A DNA stretch of 64,000 bases from the human T2T-CHM13v2.0 reference genome, Homo sapiens (GCF_009914755.1 NC_060940.1), one strand, 5' to 3'; positions 1 to 13,907 are shown, numbered from the stretch's first letter. Notes: generated by a model from the sequence alone, not told the origin. Numbers and translations are program-made.

Positions 1-13
1 CACAGTATATTCT

Positions 14-676
14 TTTTCTATTGTGGCAAAGAATAACATAAAGTCCATCCTCCCAACAATTACCAAATGTCCAGTATAATATTGCCAACGACGTACACAT
101 GGCTGTTCAACACATCCCCAGGAGCTCCCACCCTCTATACTGAAACTCTGTACCCACTGAACAACAGCTACCCACTGTTCCTCCCTGAGCCCCTGGCACT
201 TACCATTTGAATTTCTGCTTCTTTGAGATTGGCTATTTTAGATAAATCATATGGATGGAATCACGCAGTATTTGTCTTTTTGTGACTGACTTATTTTGCT
301 TAGTATAATGTTCTCGAGTTTCATCCATACTGTAGCATATAACAATATTTTCTTCTGTTCTAAAGCTCAATATTTCATTGTATGTTTATACCACATTTTC
401 TTTATCCATTCTTCCATTGATGGACATTTAGGTTGCTTCCGTTTCTTGGCTACTGTGAATAATGCTGCAATGAACATGGGTGTGCAAATATCTCTTTGAT
501 ATCCTGTTTTCAATTATTTTTGGTCATATACCCAGAAGTAGGATTGCTGGATCATATGATAGTTCTATTTTTAATTTTTTGGGGACCTCCATACTATTCT
601 TCATAATGGCTACATCATTTCACATTTCCACCAACAGTACACGAGAGTTCCAGTTTCTCCACATTTTCACCCCTTC
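14..676 (-). mobile_element. L1MA/L1MB-type LINE-1 3' end fragment
   Basis: Antisense L1 3' text: ccacattttctttatccattc...gatggacatttaggttgcttcc...aataatgctgcaatgaacatggg...atacccagaagtaggattgctggatcatatg. A second short L1M 3' terminus follows at ~677-765. Confidence 0.85.
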
Positions 677-828
677 TTAACCATTTTAAAGTCTACCATT
701 CAATAGGGTTAAGTACATTCACATTGTTGTACAACCAATCTTCAGAACTTTTTCCTTTTGGAAAAGGCTTAAACCACTTGGGTTAGGTAAACCGCTTGGG
801 TTGGCTTGCAAGAGCCCTAGTCTATGTG

Positions 829-862
829 CCCCTCCCCCACCGCCACCCCCACCCCCAACCCC
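829..862 (-). other. Potential G-quadruplex (C-run cluster on + strand)
   Basis: cccctcccccaccgccacccccacccccaacccc: five runs of >=4 C with short loops. Confidence 0.6.
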
Positions 863-1169
863 TGAGTAAAGTGCTCTGGTATCTTGGAGAGAGAAGTGAG
901 ACAAGTTCCTTCTCCCTCTCAGGTGCATCAACACAGCAGAATATTCTTAGTTTGTAAAGTGGGCAGATGTTGGTGTCCTAGGACTTGTGATAATGTTCCA
1001 GAGAGGTCAGAGGACAGCCCAAGGTGCTCTGTAGGGGGAAGATAATAACCCAGAGTGCTCAGAAGCATGGGATTACATATGTGGACCTTTGCTTCCTTAC
1101 TGACATGGAGAACTGTCACTTTAGCCTAACAAAAATAGAAGTTCTTTCCTTAGCCAAGTGGCTCCACAC

Positions 1170-1305
1170 CTAGCATCTTCTGGGGGCACTTACTGAATAT
1201 ACAGATGCCCTGGCCTTGTTCTTTCTTTTCAGGATGGGGGATTCTTCAACAGGACATGCCTCAGGTCCAGATAAACCACTCCCAAATGCAAAGGTTGAAG
1301 CAACT
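1170..1305. mobile_element. Degenerate MER5-like hAT MITE
   Basis: gggggcacttactgaatatacagatgccctggcc ... caaaggttgaagcaactg resembles MER5A body and terminus. Confidence 0.4.
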
Positions 1306-1689
1306 GTTTGCCTTTTGGACAGGAATCTTGGCACCTGTCACGGACTTCTCAGTCAGGAGAGGGCTGCTTTTGAGAGCACGTGATGTACTGTTCCCCTTGC
1401 ATTTTCTTTTCTTTTCCTTTACAGGAGGGCTGTTGAAGGTCATGTCACGAACAGGATGTGTGTCATAATAGATAGAGTTCTTCCCAGAAAAAGGAGGTGG
1501 TTGGGGGAAACGAGTTCTTGGCTTGGTAATTTCAGAAGTCCTGATTTGTCAAAGCCAAGAATAGCCTTGTAATAATAAAGGGGAAAAATTGCTTGAGATT
1601 CCAAAGGGAGTCACGATTTAGCAATAGCCTCGAAGGAAAATTAGGGTCTATGTATGATGGCACTGCTCTTTCCTGCTGCCTCCTCAGAG

Positions 1690-1775
1690 ACGATTACTCA
1701 TTTGTAATTTATTAGCTAATTATGCATGGGCAAAGGAATATGAATCACTTCATTTAGATGATAGCAATTAGCGAG
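1690..1775. promoter_or_regulatory. Candidate homeodomain-rich enhancer core
   Basis: Repeat-free; TAAT-tt-ATTA (1705-1714), palindrome attagctaat (1711-1720), taattatgca, caattag. Confidence 0.4.
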
Positions 1776-1944
1776 GGCTTGTTGGAGTTCTTTCTGTCGG
1801 GGTTCTGGGTATGTTTAGACAACACAGGTGCTGCCAGGGCTAACACACCTCTGGAGAGGAAACATTCCATTTCTCCCACCCCTACTGGGCTACCAAATAG
1901 GTTCCTGCCCTAACTCCCCAGACCTCTCCAGACTATACCACTTC

Positions 1945-2025
1945 CTTATGTCTTCACCACTTACAGACTCTGTGAATTTTGACAAATCACCTTATTTCTC
2001 TGGACTCCATCTGTAGATTGGAACC
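1945..2025 (+). mobile_element. MIR fragment
   Basis: caccacttacagactctgtgaattttgacaaatcaccttatttctctggactccatctgtag matches MIR core. Confidence 0.6.
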
Positions 2026-2159
2026 ATTCACTCATTCTGCTTGCACACAGTAGGCTGGCTGGATGGACAGAAATGTTAGAACATAAATTTGGAACCACTG
2101 GCTGTTTGGTTTACTCCTAACACCCCAGAGGGTTAAGAAAATGCCAGCCCTTAGGACCT

Positions 2160-2474
2160 AGAGACCCTACCTGCCCTAGAGATGCACTGCATGTGTGCAC
2201 GTGGATACAGGATGTTATTTGTATTATAGCATTTATTAGCAAAGGACGGCAACAATCCCAATGTCCATTAATAGGAGAATAGCTAATAAAATGTGGTATA
2301 TTCAAAAGCTGAGCACTACCAGCCAGTTATAAGGACTGACCTAGATCTCTATATGTCAAAATGGATGGTGGCATGGATAGTGAATAATATATCCAGAGAA
2401 TCCTGTTTGTGCCAAAAGTCGATATAAAATAATGTTACATGTTTTCTGTGGAAAAGTATATGTCAATCTACTTG

Positions 2475-2520
<46 letters not shown>

Positions 2521-2730
2521 ATCTATCTATCTATCATGTATCTTCTGGTAAAGGATAAAAAAAGTCTAGAATAACACATCAAATTAATAGCTTAATAGCA
2601 TCAGAACTTCATGGATAAAGTCCCTAAAATCACTTGCTCTGCAATCCCAACTCACCGATAATGAGTGGGAGCTGGGTTTGGGAGGTTGACAAAGAAGACT
2701 TGTTTTATCAGAATGTTCTAATTTTTAAAG
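2160..2730 (+). mobile_element. Old L1ME-type 3' fragment
   Basis: cccaatgtccattaataggagaatagctaataaaatgtggtatattca...ctagatctctatatgtcaaaatggatgg. Confidence 0.6.
2475..2536 (+). repeat. Tetranucleotide STR (TCTA)11 TCA (TCTA)3 TCA
   Basis: Read directly. Confidence 0.97.
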
Positions 2731-3349
2731 ATGGTTATTAGGCAGCTATCAACACGCGATGATCTCACTTGCACGGGGTGCCCTGCCCTGTGCCCTGGCA
2801 GCTCCTCCTGTCCACTGCCTCCCTGCCTGGCCCCTCCCTCCCTCAACCCTGCCCCTCTCTTTATCCTAAGATAGATTTTAATAAAGTTGCTGCATGTGGA
2901 AGAGGATTATGGGCTCATCTGATTTCTGCTATTTGAAGTCCTGGGGGAAGGAAAGCCTTGTTTAACTCAATTCATAACACTATTAATCCAACCATAAACC
3001 TTCCAATGACTTGAAAGGAGAGAGGAGAATTCATTACAGTGCATCTCTAAGTGGCAAATCCTGCATCTCACATGCCAGCAGGTGAAACTCTCCGGGGCCC
3101 TGGCAGCTCCCTGTCTCTCCGAAGGTCATTCTCAGAAGCAGTGAGCCCCAGCACTGCATGGGCTTCATGGGGCTCATGCTGAATCCCTCTTCTGCTCCAC
3201 ACTTCACAGTGGGGTAAGTGGGGCCCAGAGAGGTGTGTCGGCTGTCCAAGAACACAAAGCTAAAAAACAGAAACCTGATCCAACTCAATACTCCTGATTT
3301 TATGTCAAGAGATCTATGTGTTGTAAAAACAGTTTTAAATGAATGAGGT

Positions 3350-3910
3350 TTACGCGCAATCATTCTACTTCTGGAAGTCTAACCTTACTTAAAAATAATT
3401 CTAAGTATGGAAAACGCCATATCCCTACCATATTTATTACAGTATAATTTATAATATAACTTACTTTTCTCTTTTTCTACATCCAGGATGAAAGAATCAT
3501 ATAATGTAACATCTTGAGTCAAACTAAATATGTACCTCTAGAAAAGAGGCCACTAACAATAACTCAATGGGTTATTATGCAACTATTAAAAATGTTTCAA
3601 GAGACTCAACTAACATCAATAATAACTATAATATGCTGAACAAAAAACAGCAGGGTGAAAATTGTGTGTATAAAATTGTTTGATTATAACTTTATGAAAA
3701 TATATGCATAGGAAAAAAGACTGAAAGGAATAGAGCAAACTGTTATGAGGGCTTGTCAATTTCCCGTGCATTTAAGAATACATGATTGAATGTGCTTTGC
3801 ATTGTTAGAGTGGGATTATGATATTTACTTCCCTGTTTTGTTTCTGTTCTCCCAAAATATTTTGTAATGCATTCATGCTATTTTTTAATCAACATATTTT
3901 AATTTTTAAA
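3350..3910 (+). mobile_element. Old L1ME4-like 3' fragment
   Basis: gcaatcattctacttctggaag...tattatgcaactattaaaaatg...atgcataggaaaaaagactgaaaggaata. Confidence 0.55.
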
Positions 3911-3926
3911 AAGTGGCTTCACTCAT

Positions 3927-4148
3927 TGTCTTAGGTTAGACTCCCTGTGAAATGAGAGAGAGAGAGTGAGATGAATTTGCATGCAGAAGTTTGTTAAGAA
4001 CAGCTCTCAGGATCAACACCTGTGAGGGGTGAGGGGCGCTGGCTTGAGCAGAGAGAGAAGTTAGATTGCAATGCAGTGGCTTTGAAGTCCTTAGCTGACT
4101 CCATGGAAGCTTTGTAACTGGGATGGTCTTCAGAATGTTCCTGCCCAC
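3927..4148 (-). mobile_element. LTR16C-like ERVL LTR fragment
   Basis: tgtcttaggttagactccc...tttgcatgcagaagtttgtt...ctctcaggatcaacacctgtgagggg...gagagaagttagattgcaatgcag. Confidence 0.65.
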
Positions 4149-4199
4149 ATGGTGGTTTAAGTTTCATAGGGCATTCTAAAGTGGCAGTGAATTAGTGAA

Positions 4200-4690
4200 T
4201 TGCATGGCTTCAGAGTCCAGGCTTGGGGACCAGAAAGTCTGGGTTTGAATCTGGCTCCTCTGTTTACAAGCTGTGAGAGCTAGAGTCTGTTTCTTCCCTG
4301 CCTCATCACATCTTTCTCTCTTTCTCTCTTTTTCTTTCTCTTTCTTTCTCTTTCTCTCTTTCTCGGAGTCTCACTCTGTCACCCAGGCTGGAGGGCAGTG
4401 GTGCGATATCGGCTCACTGCAATCTCTGCCTCCTGGGTTTAAGTGATTCTTCTGCCTCATCCTCCTGAGTAGCTGGGACTACAGGCACACACCACCTTGC
4501 CTGGCTACTTTTTTGTATTTTTAGTAGAGATGGGGTGTCACCATATTGGCCAGGCTGGTCTCAAACTCCTGACCTCAGGTGATCCAGCCTCCTCGGCCTC
4601 CCAAAGTGCTGGGATTATAGGCATGAGCCACTGCCCCCGGCCCACATTTTTCTTATCTGTGAAAATGGGATGATGGTAGCAGTACCTGTC
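4200..4690 (+). mobile_element. MIR split by Alu insertion
   Basis: ctgggtttgaatctggctcc...ctgtgagagc before the Alu; ttttcttatctgtgaaaatgggatgatggtagcagtacct after it. Confidence 0.7.
4312..4642 (-). mobile_element. AluS with (TTTC/CT)n tail
   Basis: Full dimeric Alu antisense; flanks cacatcttt / cacattttt. Confidence 0.95.
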
Positions 4691-5170
4691 TCCATTTCCT
4701 TTCCAATTACATTCACACATTTTGCCTCCTTTAGTCCTTAAAACACCCCTGCAAGGTGGGCAGGGCAGAAATGTAGCCCCCAGGGCATTTGTGGTGCTGA
4801 GGCATGTGATGAATGTTTCCCAAATCCAGAGGCAACTGCTGCATCCATGCATGGAGCCCAGATGTTTTGGTGGCCACTACCTCTTTAATCCTGAGCAGGG
4901 AACAGCTGCTCACCTGTTGCCACCCCGATTTGGTGGCTTAGATAAAGAGTCACCTCAGATGCTCACGCATGGCCTCTGGGTGCCCCTCATTACTGGGGGC
5001 CTCCCTTGCACCCAGGATAAAGCCAGCCTTGGCAAGGTCTGGAGGTGGGGCTCTTCCCCATCCTGGGAAGATGCTTGAGAAGTCCAGTTTCCTTACTCCA
5101 GCACATGTTTCCAGGACTCTTCAGATATGTTAACTGCTGCTTCTGTGTAGACAAAATAATTATTATTTCT

Positions 5171-5465
5171 TAATTTTTTTTAATTTTAATTTTTTTGAGA
5201 TGGAGTCTCACTCTCTTGCCCAGTCTGCGGTGCAGTAACACTATTATGACTCACTGCAATCTTGAACTCCTGGGCTCAAGTGATCCTCCTGCCTTAGCCT
5301 CCCAACTAACTTGGACTACTGGCATGTACCACAATCTCTGATCATTTTTTTAATTTCTTGTAGAGACGGAGGTCTCACTATGCTGCTCAGGCTGGTCTTT
5401 AACTCATGAGGGATCCTCCCACCTCAGCCTCACAAAGCACTGTGATATGAGCCACCATGCCCTGC
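5171..5465 (-). mobile_element. AluJ
   Basis: Diverged dimeric Alu with J diagnostics (ctcctgggctcaagtgatcctcc, ggtctcactatgctgctcagg). Confidence 0.9.
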
Positions 5466-5479
5466 TAAAATTTTTAAAT

Positions 5480-5980
5480 AAGTTCTAAATGTAAATGTAA
5501 CAATGACATATGATAAAAACAATTCAGGTGCCATGAGAAGGTAAACCACAGAAACTACATACCTCTTTCTCATTCCACAGCCCTTCGGAATTTTATTCCC
5601 CAAGGAAATTGCTGTTAATAATTTCTTGTGGCCTCTATCAGCCCACATATGTATGTATTTTTAAAATGTATACAAATGGGGTTATAATATATGTGCAGTT
5701 CTGTGTTAGGCCCTTTCTTTCAATGTTTGATAGATGTCTACCTGTTAGTACCTATAGAACTATTCGATCTCTTTTAATGGAGGCAGTATTAATTCTAATT
5801 CTTTTAAATGCTACCAATAATTTCTAATTCTCTTAAATTTTTCTGTTTGAGTCTATTTCTATTTAATCTGTCCACGATGCTGTATTTAACTAAGGAGCTC
5901 TTGATGCCCATTCCAATGCTGTGATGAACATCTTTGAACATATATCTTTGAGAACATCTACTTAGGATAAATTCCTAGAG
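5480..5980 (-). mobile_element. Old L1ME-type fragment
   Basis: aatgctgtgatgaacatctttgaacatatatctttgagaacatc...taggataaattcctagag. Confidence 0.55.
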
Positions 5981-6489
5981 TTAATCTTATTTTAAAGCCT
6001 TCCATGAGGATTTAAAAAAATAGATTTCCTCTGTCATGCGTTTCTGCCCCTAAGATGAGGAAATGTTTTGTTGGAGACAATCAAAATCTCTTGCTGAGTA
6101 GGGAGTGACATGAGTTTTGAGAAAACTCTGTCACTCTCAGTGCTATGAGAAAATGTGTGCTGAGTCCCATCCCAGTGGGAGTTCAGAAGGAGAGACGATA
6201 TGTCCAACTCCAAGAGCTGCTCATTTGCAGGTAGCAGTTGACCTCTGCTCCTGTACTCTAGACTTGGAAGGATTTAAGCACGTTTGGTGGCTTATTACAA
6301 ACTCATCATCCTAAATTATGAAATGCCCTTTGTGCCTCTCAGTGCCTGTGTCTGGCATTAGGTGTGTCGTGGATGTACTTTTTCTAGTTCTTTGGAAGGC
6401 AGGTCACTGAGTAGCAGCAGTGCCAACCTCCTCTCTGATAGAGGGTGTGTGGTATGTATGAGACCCAGGGCAGGTGTCACAGCACAAAG

Positions 6490-7125
6490 TAATGATTATC
6501 GGTAATATGATTTGAGTACTTAGTATGTGCCAGATGCTGTTTTAAGGGCTTTGGGTAATTAACTTATTTAATTCTCAAAGCAAACCCATAGTAGGTAAAA
6601 TTTTTATCCACCTATTACATGAAGGAACTATAATAGTTATTGGTGCTGTTTGGCATTTTTTCTGGTTTTTCTTCTAAGCATACCATGAGTTTATAGTTTC
6701 CCACTCACTTTGAAGTTAGGTATGGCCATGTGACTTGTTTTGACCAATGGCGTATGAGCATAAGTGGCATGTATCTCTTCCTGGTAGCAGCTTTAAGAGC
6801 CAGCCTGTGATTGGTTCCATTCCCTCTGTCACAGAGACTCCAATGCTCCATGTGTGTCAATCTGAGTCCCAAGGGGAGGGTCATGAGTACCAAAACCCCC
6901 AGACAATCCATGATGGAAATGGAGCATGAGTGAAAAATACATCGTTTTATTTTCAATCACCGTGAGCCTGGGATTGCTTGTTATTAGAGCATAGCCTATT
7001 CTATCCTGATACAGGAAAGGAAATCACAGAGGCTAAATTAGCTTCTCAAGGTCACATTACTAAGTGAAAGAACCAAGGTTTGGGCTCTGACATTCTGTCT
7101 CCGGAGTCCACCTGTCTCTCACATT
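6490..7125 (-). mobile_element. MIR interrupted by MLT1 LTR
   Basis: ttgagtacttagtatgtgccagatgctg...attacatgaaggaac [LTR] ...ctcaaggtcacattactaagtgaaagaacc. Confidence 0.7.
6629..7013 (+). mobile_element. MLT1I/J solo LTR (MaLR)
   Basis: tttgaagttaggtatggccatgtgacttgttttgaccaatgg...gttattagagcatagcctattctatcctgataca; 5-bp TSD ggaac/ggaaa. Confidence 0.8.
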
Positions 7126-7244
7126 AGTACATAGCATACCTAGCTAGTGGCTCCAAATTGGAGCTTAAGGAGAAGAATCAAAAGCTCTCTCTAAAATTCT
7201 GAGTGTGTTTGGGAGTAGGAGCCCAGAATGTCAGGTTGACAGGG

Positions 7245-7860
<616 letters not shown>

Positions 7861-8436
7861 AGGATGCATTTTTGTTCTGACTACATCACAGTGTGGTTAA
7901 GGACTGGGTGAAATGTGTGTGAAGGTGACTGTGAGGGAAAAGAAGCATAAATGTCCAGTGTTTAGCTGATTGGAGCTAGCTAATGAGAGTCTAAATGGTT
8001 CCCCTTTCATAGGTGAGGGGGGGAATTAAAGATACTGAGGGAAGACCCAGCTGCAGAGATCAGAGTGAGGGCCCAGCACACAAAGCCCAACGGGATGATT
8101 ACAGTCCAGCCCAAGAGGCAGGACCCAGCACCCATGGGGCAAACCTGCAGCAATAAGCATGGCCATGTGGGTTGCACAGCAGCTGATTCAAGCCCTGGTT
8201 CATGTGTATGGTAAACACAGCTAGGGGCTCCTATATTGGGCTCCTCCTTCTCTAGAATGTGTGCTCAATCCCTGAGGGATGCCCTCCAATGGGCATGTCT
8301 GTATATCATTAGTCAGGGTCAAGGAGGATGTGTGATAGGTCTGGGTGGGAGTGGAGAAGGATTACCAAGCTGAGCTGTTCAGATTCCTCCTCCTGGAAAC
8401 ATGACACTTGGAACTGAGACTCAGAAACTCGAGCAC

Positions 8437-8910
8437 AATCATTCTTTTATTTGTAGAATTTTATTGAGCACCTATTATGTGTCTGATATTGTTCTACAAG
8501 TTGGGGATTCAGAACTCTTCATGCCAACATAGATTTTAAACAAACACACACAAACACACACACATAAATAAATACAAACATAATTTCAGATGATAACTGC
8601 TATCAAGGAAATAAAACAGGGAAATGTGTTCAAGAATGACCAGGTGAACAGGGAAGACTTCTCGGAGAAGGGTCATGGAAGCTAAGTCCTAGATGAGGAC
8701 TTAGTCATGGGAAGAACTGGAGAAGGGAGTTCCAGGACAAAGGGGCAGAAAACCCCCTGAGAAGGGGACGTATGGCATTATATGGTATTAGAAGCAGGTC
8801 TGACATGGCTGAAGGGTGTTGAGCCAGGGAGACAGTGTTATGCCATGAATCTGGAGAGGCAGGCAGGACTGGATCTCATGGGGCCTTGTTGGCTGTAGCA
8901 AAATGTTTAC
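8437..8910 (-). mobile_element. L2 3' fragment
   Basis: ttattgagcacctattatgtgtc...ttcagatgataactgctatcaaggaaataaaacaggg...agggaagacttctcggagaag...ggggccttgttggctgtag. Confidence 0.75.
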
Positions 8911-9191
8911 CTTTTGTCCTACGGGCTCTCCATGGTCGGAGCTGAGTCCTGGTAAGGCCAGAGCCTTATAGAGAAGGACTCACTGCCACTGAGATCCCAG
9001 GAGCTGTCCGGGGTTCTGCCTTCCAGAGGTTGGTCTCCTCTGCGTGTCTGACAGGGTGATCCAGGTCCCTTCCCCTCTCCACATCCTCCATCAGACGACC
9101 TTCATTTAGGGGAAATGTCAGCCAGGTCTGGCTTCTGCAGGAGCCACCTTATTCTTCCTTCTGCTGAAAACATCTCATCTAGTGCACAAAG

Positions 9192-9630
9192 ACATCTTTG
9201 GTCAGATTCCCTGAAATCAGAGTCTGGAATGGGAATTCTCGTGCAAGTGATTTACCTAGGGAGTGCACTCGGAAGAAACAGGTAAGGAAATGAGAAAGGC
9301 AGGATGGGGCAGGTAAAGAAGAAGAGATGTCATTCCAGCTGACATGGAGTCTCAGCTTTGTCCCTCCAGGAGGTCTTGGAACATGAATGGCCACAAGGAA
9401 TTTTGGCTTTTGAACCCCTGTGCCAGGCACTACTCACAGGCCCCCTGCAGGGCAGAGATGTGGCTGGGACTAATTCCACCAGTTCCTCCAGGTGAGGTGG
9501 TTCCCATCAGTCAAGGGCAATCCTCCAGATCAGGGTACAGCTGTGAGTCCTTAGCACCCCAAACTTTCAGGGTACGTGGTTTATAACTTGCCCAGTGAAG
9601 GGGATGTGGATCAGGCACAAACAACATCTT
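9192..9630 (-). mobile_element. LTR16-family ERVL LTR
   Basis: ggtcagattccctgaaatcagagtctgg...gtgcaagtgatttacctagggagtgc...cagtcaagggcaatcctccaga...cagctgtgagtccttagca. Confidence 0.65.
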
Positions 9631-9832
9631 ATATAAGGAGCATGGCATGTTTCCTTGCATGGAAGCTTGAGGCTGGGCCAAAGACACAAGCCTCTCCTCT
9701 ACAGAGAGGAGGTACCCCAGACCCAGGCTTTAGAGGCCAGCCGATCCTTGGACTCTACCTGTTTGTGAGCTGGAGGTGATACTGGGCTTACTAGCCCAGT
9801 TAGGAATGGGGAATGAAAGTAGGCCATGACCT

Positions 9833-10010
9833 GTGCCAAGAGCTCTGCAAATGACTCCATTTATGCTGCTGCCCAGACTACAGTGTCATGGGGATCACTC
9901 ACCCCATTTTACATATGGAGAATCAGAGGTGCAGATAGGTGGTGTGGTTGGCCTAAAATCACACAGTTCGTTGATAGGAGAACCAGAACTTGAATTTAAC
10001 AGACTTTGGA
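9833..10010 (-). mobile_element. MIR
   Basis: ccccattttacatatggagaatcagaggtgcagatagg...atcacacag...agaaccagaacttgaa. Confidence 0.7.
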
Positions 10011-10434
10011 GCAGGAGTGACTGTGTCTATAGGAATGGGGCTGGAGAAAGATGAGAAAGAAGAGTGGCCTCATTTGATGAGGTCCTCTGGGGCCAGCCTT
10101 GTGCCAGTGCATCTTCCCTCCCATTTGGAAGGGCCTTCCACACTGCAGTTTCTCACTTATCATGTTCTCAATCCTCTTCACCTAGGGCTGAGGCACCAGA
10201 TTTTCTTTCCTTCCAGCTCCTGCAGATACCACTTATCTCTTCCCATCCCATCATACATCCTCCTCTCTCGCTCAGCTACTGCAGAGCCAGGCAACAGCAT
10301 GTAAAGTGCATGACGGTGGGTGCAGTGGGAGCTCTGGCTCACCGCTCATTTTCTTCAGGGTCCTCTGAGACCTTGGCGGTGACCATAAGCCACATGCATG
10401 GAGGGTATGAGCTGGTGGCTGGCGTGGGGGTGGT

Positions 10435-10640
10435 GCAGAGCTTTCTGTTAGTATATTACTTTCACAATTTTTTGCCACATCTTCTTAAAGCTTGGGATAT
10501 CCTTTAATTGCTTTTAAAAATATGACTCATTTAGAACCTAAATACATTTAAGAACAAACTTATACCATAAATAGAAAACAGCATTCACTTGCCATACTAC
10601 ATAACTTTAAAAAGTTCTAAAATGCATAACTATTAAACTT
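10435..10640 (+). mobile_element. MER113-like hAT-Charlie fragment
   Basis: ttcacaattttttgccacatc...aaacttataccataaatagaaaacagcattcacttgccata. Confidence 0.55.
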
Positions 10641-11049
10641 ATTTTGGAGACCAACTGTGTTACAGGTTTGACATTTTAGGAGAAACACTGGCTAGTTGAA
10701 AGAGCACCGGATTTGATGTCAGGAAATTATATTATGTGTCAAGCTCTTCTGCCAACACAACAACAACAATAATATTTAACAATTATTGAGCATATATTAT
10801 GGGTCATGCATTGTGGTAAGAACTTTCCATGAATCCTTTTATTTAATCTTCACGTTTTAATTTGGAGCCCCAAGAAGCAGACCCTGGAATAAGGATTCAT
10901 GGGCAAGTGATATTTTAAGAAACTTCTTTCAGGAGAAACAGGAGGTAAGTGGCAAACTCCAGGGTATGACTGGTTTTAGGGAGCTGATGCAGAATGTATT
11001 ATAGGCATGGAATATTTCCTGTGCGCCTCAAGTTATAGTAAAAAGGCGT

Positions 11050-11510
11050 TTCATGAGTCAGGCATCTTTTGGTTGTGACAGAGACCCAAGTCAATATGTC
11101 TTAATCCAGGGGAATGTATTGCCTCAGTTTAACTAAAAATTCAAAGAGTAGCTTCAGCCATGGCTGCATCCAGTTGTCAAACAACATCCTCAGAGCTCTG
11201 CTTTCATCTCTCATCTCTGCTGTTGGTATGCTGGCTTCTCCCACCATGCAGGCTCTCCCCACAGGATGGCTCCACACTTACATCATGCTAGATTGTCCAT
11301 AGCAGATGAGAGAACCTCTTTTGCATGATTCCTTCAAAAGCCCTGGTGAAGGCTTTCATTGGTCCAGTTTAAGTCACATGCCTATTCTTGACGTTATCAC
11401 TGTAGCCAGGAAATGGGTGCTCTGATTAGCCAGACTTGGCCACCATGTGCATATTCTTGAATGCTGAGGAGTGGGGAGGAGGCAGCTGTATCTGAACCCC
11501 ATGGACTGAG
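11050..11510 (-). mobile_element. MLT1K-like LTR
   Basis: ggttgtgacagagacccaag...gcttcagccatggctgcatccag...cattggtccagtttaagtcacatgcc...atcactgtagccagg...ctctgattagccagac. Confidence 0.75.
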
Positions 11511-11539
11511 TTTGAGACATGAAGGCACACCTACAAGAG

Positions 11540-12420
11540 AAACTTGCCAGCAGAAAACAAATGTCCATTTCCACCTGTCTGCATGCCAGATTTGCTCTGC
11601 AGGTCAGGGGAGAAGTGCAGAGGACAGCAATGAACCGAACACTTTCAAATGTGCTGACGACGGTCCGGGAGGGGGTTCCCACCGGCAGCTCGGAATGCAA
11701 TCAACTGGCTGCTTTTGCCAACCCCAGCACCTGTCATATTTCATCTTCTTTTAAATAACTTCAAGGATATGAAAGTCATAAAACCAAACCCAGGTAGGGT
11801 CAGAAGTCACTGGCTGCTCTGAATAGAGGGCTATCACTATTTGGCTATTTACCCTGCCTCACATTTGCACGGCCCCCAGTGAAGCTGAGCACAACCCCAG
11901 CAAATATTAATCAAATGAGGCTCGTGGGTCCAAGTGGAAATAAATCACAACTGCTCACCCACCCCCAGGATGTACTCAAAATAAAAAAAGTACAGTGGAG
12001 ATTACCTTCTTCATAATTGTTATATATTTTGTTGACCTCACAGCAGCTAAAGTTGGCTTTCAAAGGAAAAAATGTTGTTGCTGTGCAGCAGAGAAACATT
12101 TTAATGAACACCACAGGGTTTACTGATCACTGTTAATGAGTGAAGAACGAGTATCCTGCAGAAACCTTCTGTCTATCTTTAGAAAACAGTCCTGGATGAT
12201 GGAAGGGCGGAGAGTAACGGAGCGGACACGTGCCTGCAAACTAGGAAACAAATACATCATGTCTTTAATGCCATCTGTAATAGACAATTCAGGAGCCAGC
12301 CAAAACTCATTTGCACCTTTGTTTGTGCCTTCCCCAATCAATAGCAGCAGTTAAACCAGGATTTACTGACTTCTATAAAGGGTTACAACAGCAATATTTA
12401 AAGAAATGAAACTCAACAGA
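11540..12420. promoter_or_regulatory. Candidate conserved non-coding element / enhancer
   Basis: ~900 bp without recognisable repeat, retained CpGs; GTCATAAAA (11775-11783), TTCAAAG (12059-12065), CTTTGTT (12317-12323), AATCAATA (12336-12343). Confidence 0.45.
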
Positions 12421-12989
12421 AATATTTCAATCTTTCTGGGCCCTTCACCAACCATTGTTGTTTGGAGGTCGCTTGATGGGAAAGGTTCATTCTTTTTGGT
12501 GTACTCTCTGTAGGGGGGGTGTGTGTGTGCATGGTATGTGTAAATGTGTGCACACCCATGTCTTTGAGTACCCACACATGAGCAGGCTCTCAGTCTGAAC
12601 AGGGCTGAAGAGCAATTTTGCCATCCAAAGTCACTGGCCCAAGCTCCTGAAATCAATCGGAGGCCTCAAGAAGTAAGGAGCAATTTAATATAGCGTGCTT
12701 CTTGGTTTCTAGAAATGGCAACGTTCTCCTTATTAGCTTATTAAAATTAAGAGCAGGGAAAAGAACAGTCTATTAACTACACATAATAAATGACATAAAA
12801 TATGCTTCCATTTTATTTTAGAAAGGAAGGGAATGAGGGAGACAGAGACAGATAGAAAGGCACACATAGACATGCACTTAAAATCAGCAAAGAATACAGA
12901 GACAGGTGAGGAAGCAGTAACATGGTGACTCATTGAATGCTCTGAAGGGCAGAGAGCTTTACATTGACCCCTGTGTTAATGTGTTCCTC

Positions 12990-13130
12990 ACTGGGGCAGG
13001 CACTGTTCGTGTGATGAGGACATTGAGGTTTAGGAAGGCTGAGACACTTACTCAAGACCACGCTGCTAGGAAGCAGCAAGGCTAAGATCTGACCCCAGGC
13101 AGTTCAACTGCAAGGTCTCTGCCCTAGAGC
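12990..13130 (-). mobile_element. MIR fragment
   Basis: gatgaggacattgaggtttaggaaggctgagacacttactcaagaccacgctgctaggaagcagc. Confidence 0.7.
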
Positions 13131-13347
13131 ACTTGGGTGTCCTAAATATTGTTGTCCAAGGGATTGTGTGTGTGTGTGTGATTGTGCATCTTTTGTTTTG
13201 AATGGGTAATATACTGACACAGCACAGAAATCAAAATGGTGTAAGAAGATGACAGTGAGGAATTACCCTTCCCCTACCCTGTCTACATGTGATGTGTGCT
13301 CTGTTTCTGGACACACCTGTGCCAATGTTGCCACCTGGCTCCTCTAG

Positions 13348-13907
<560 letters not shown>

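Noticed and set aside
719-934. Poly-glycine ORF
   Set aside because: Translation of the C-run/G4 tract; no splice or codon support.
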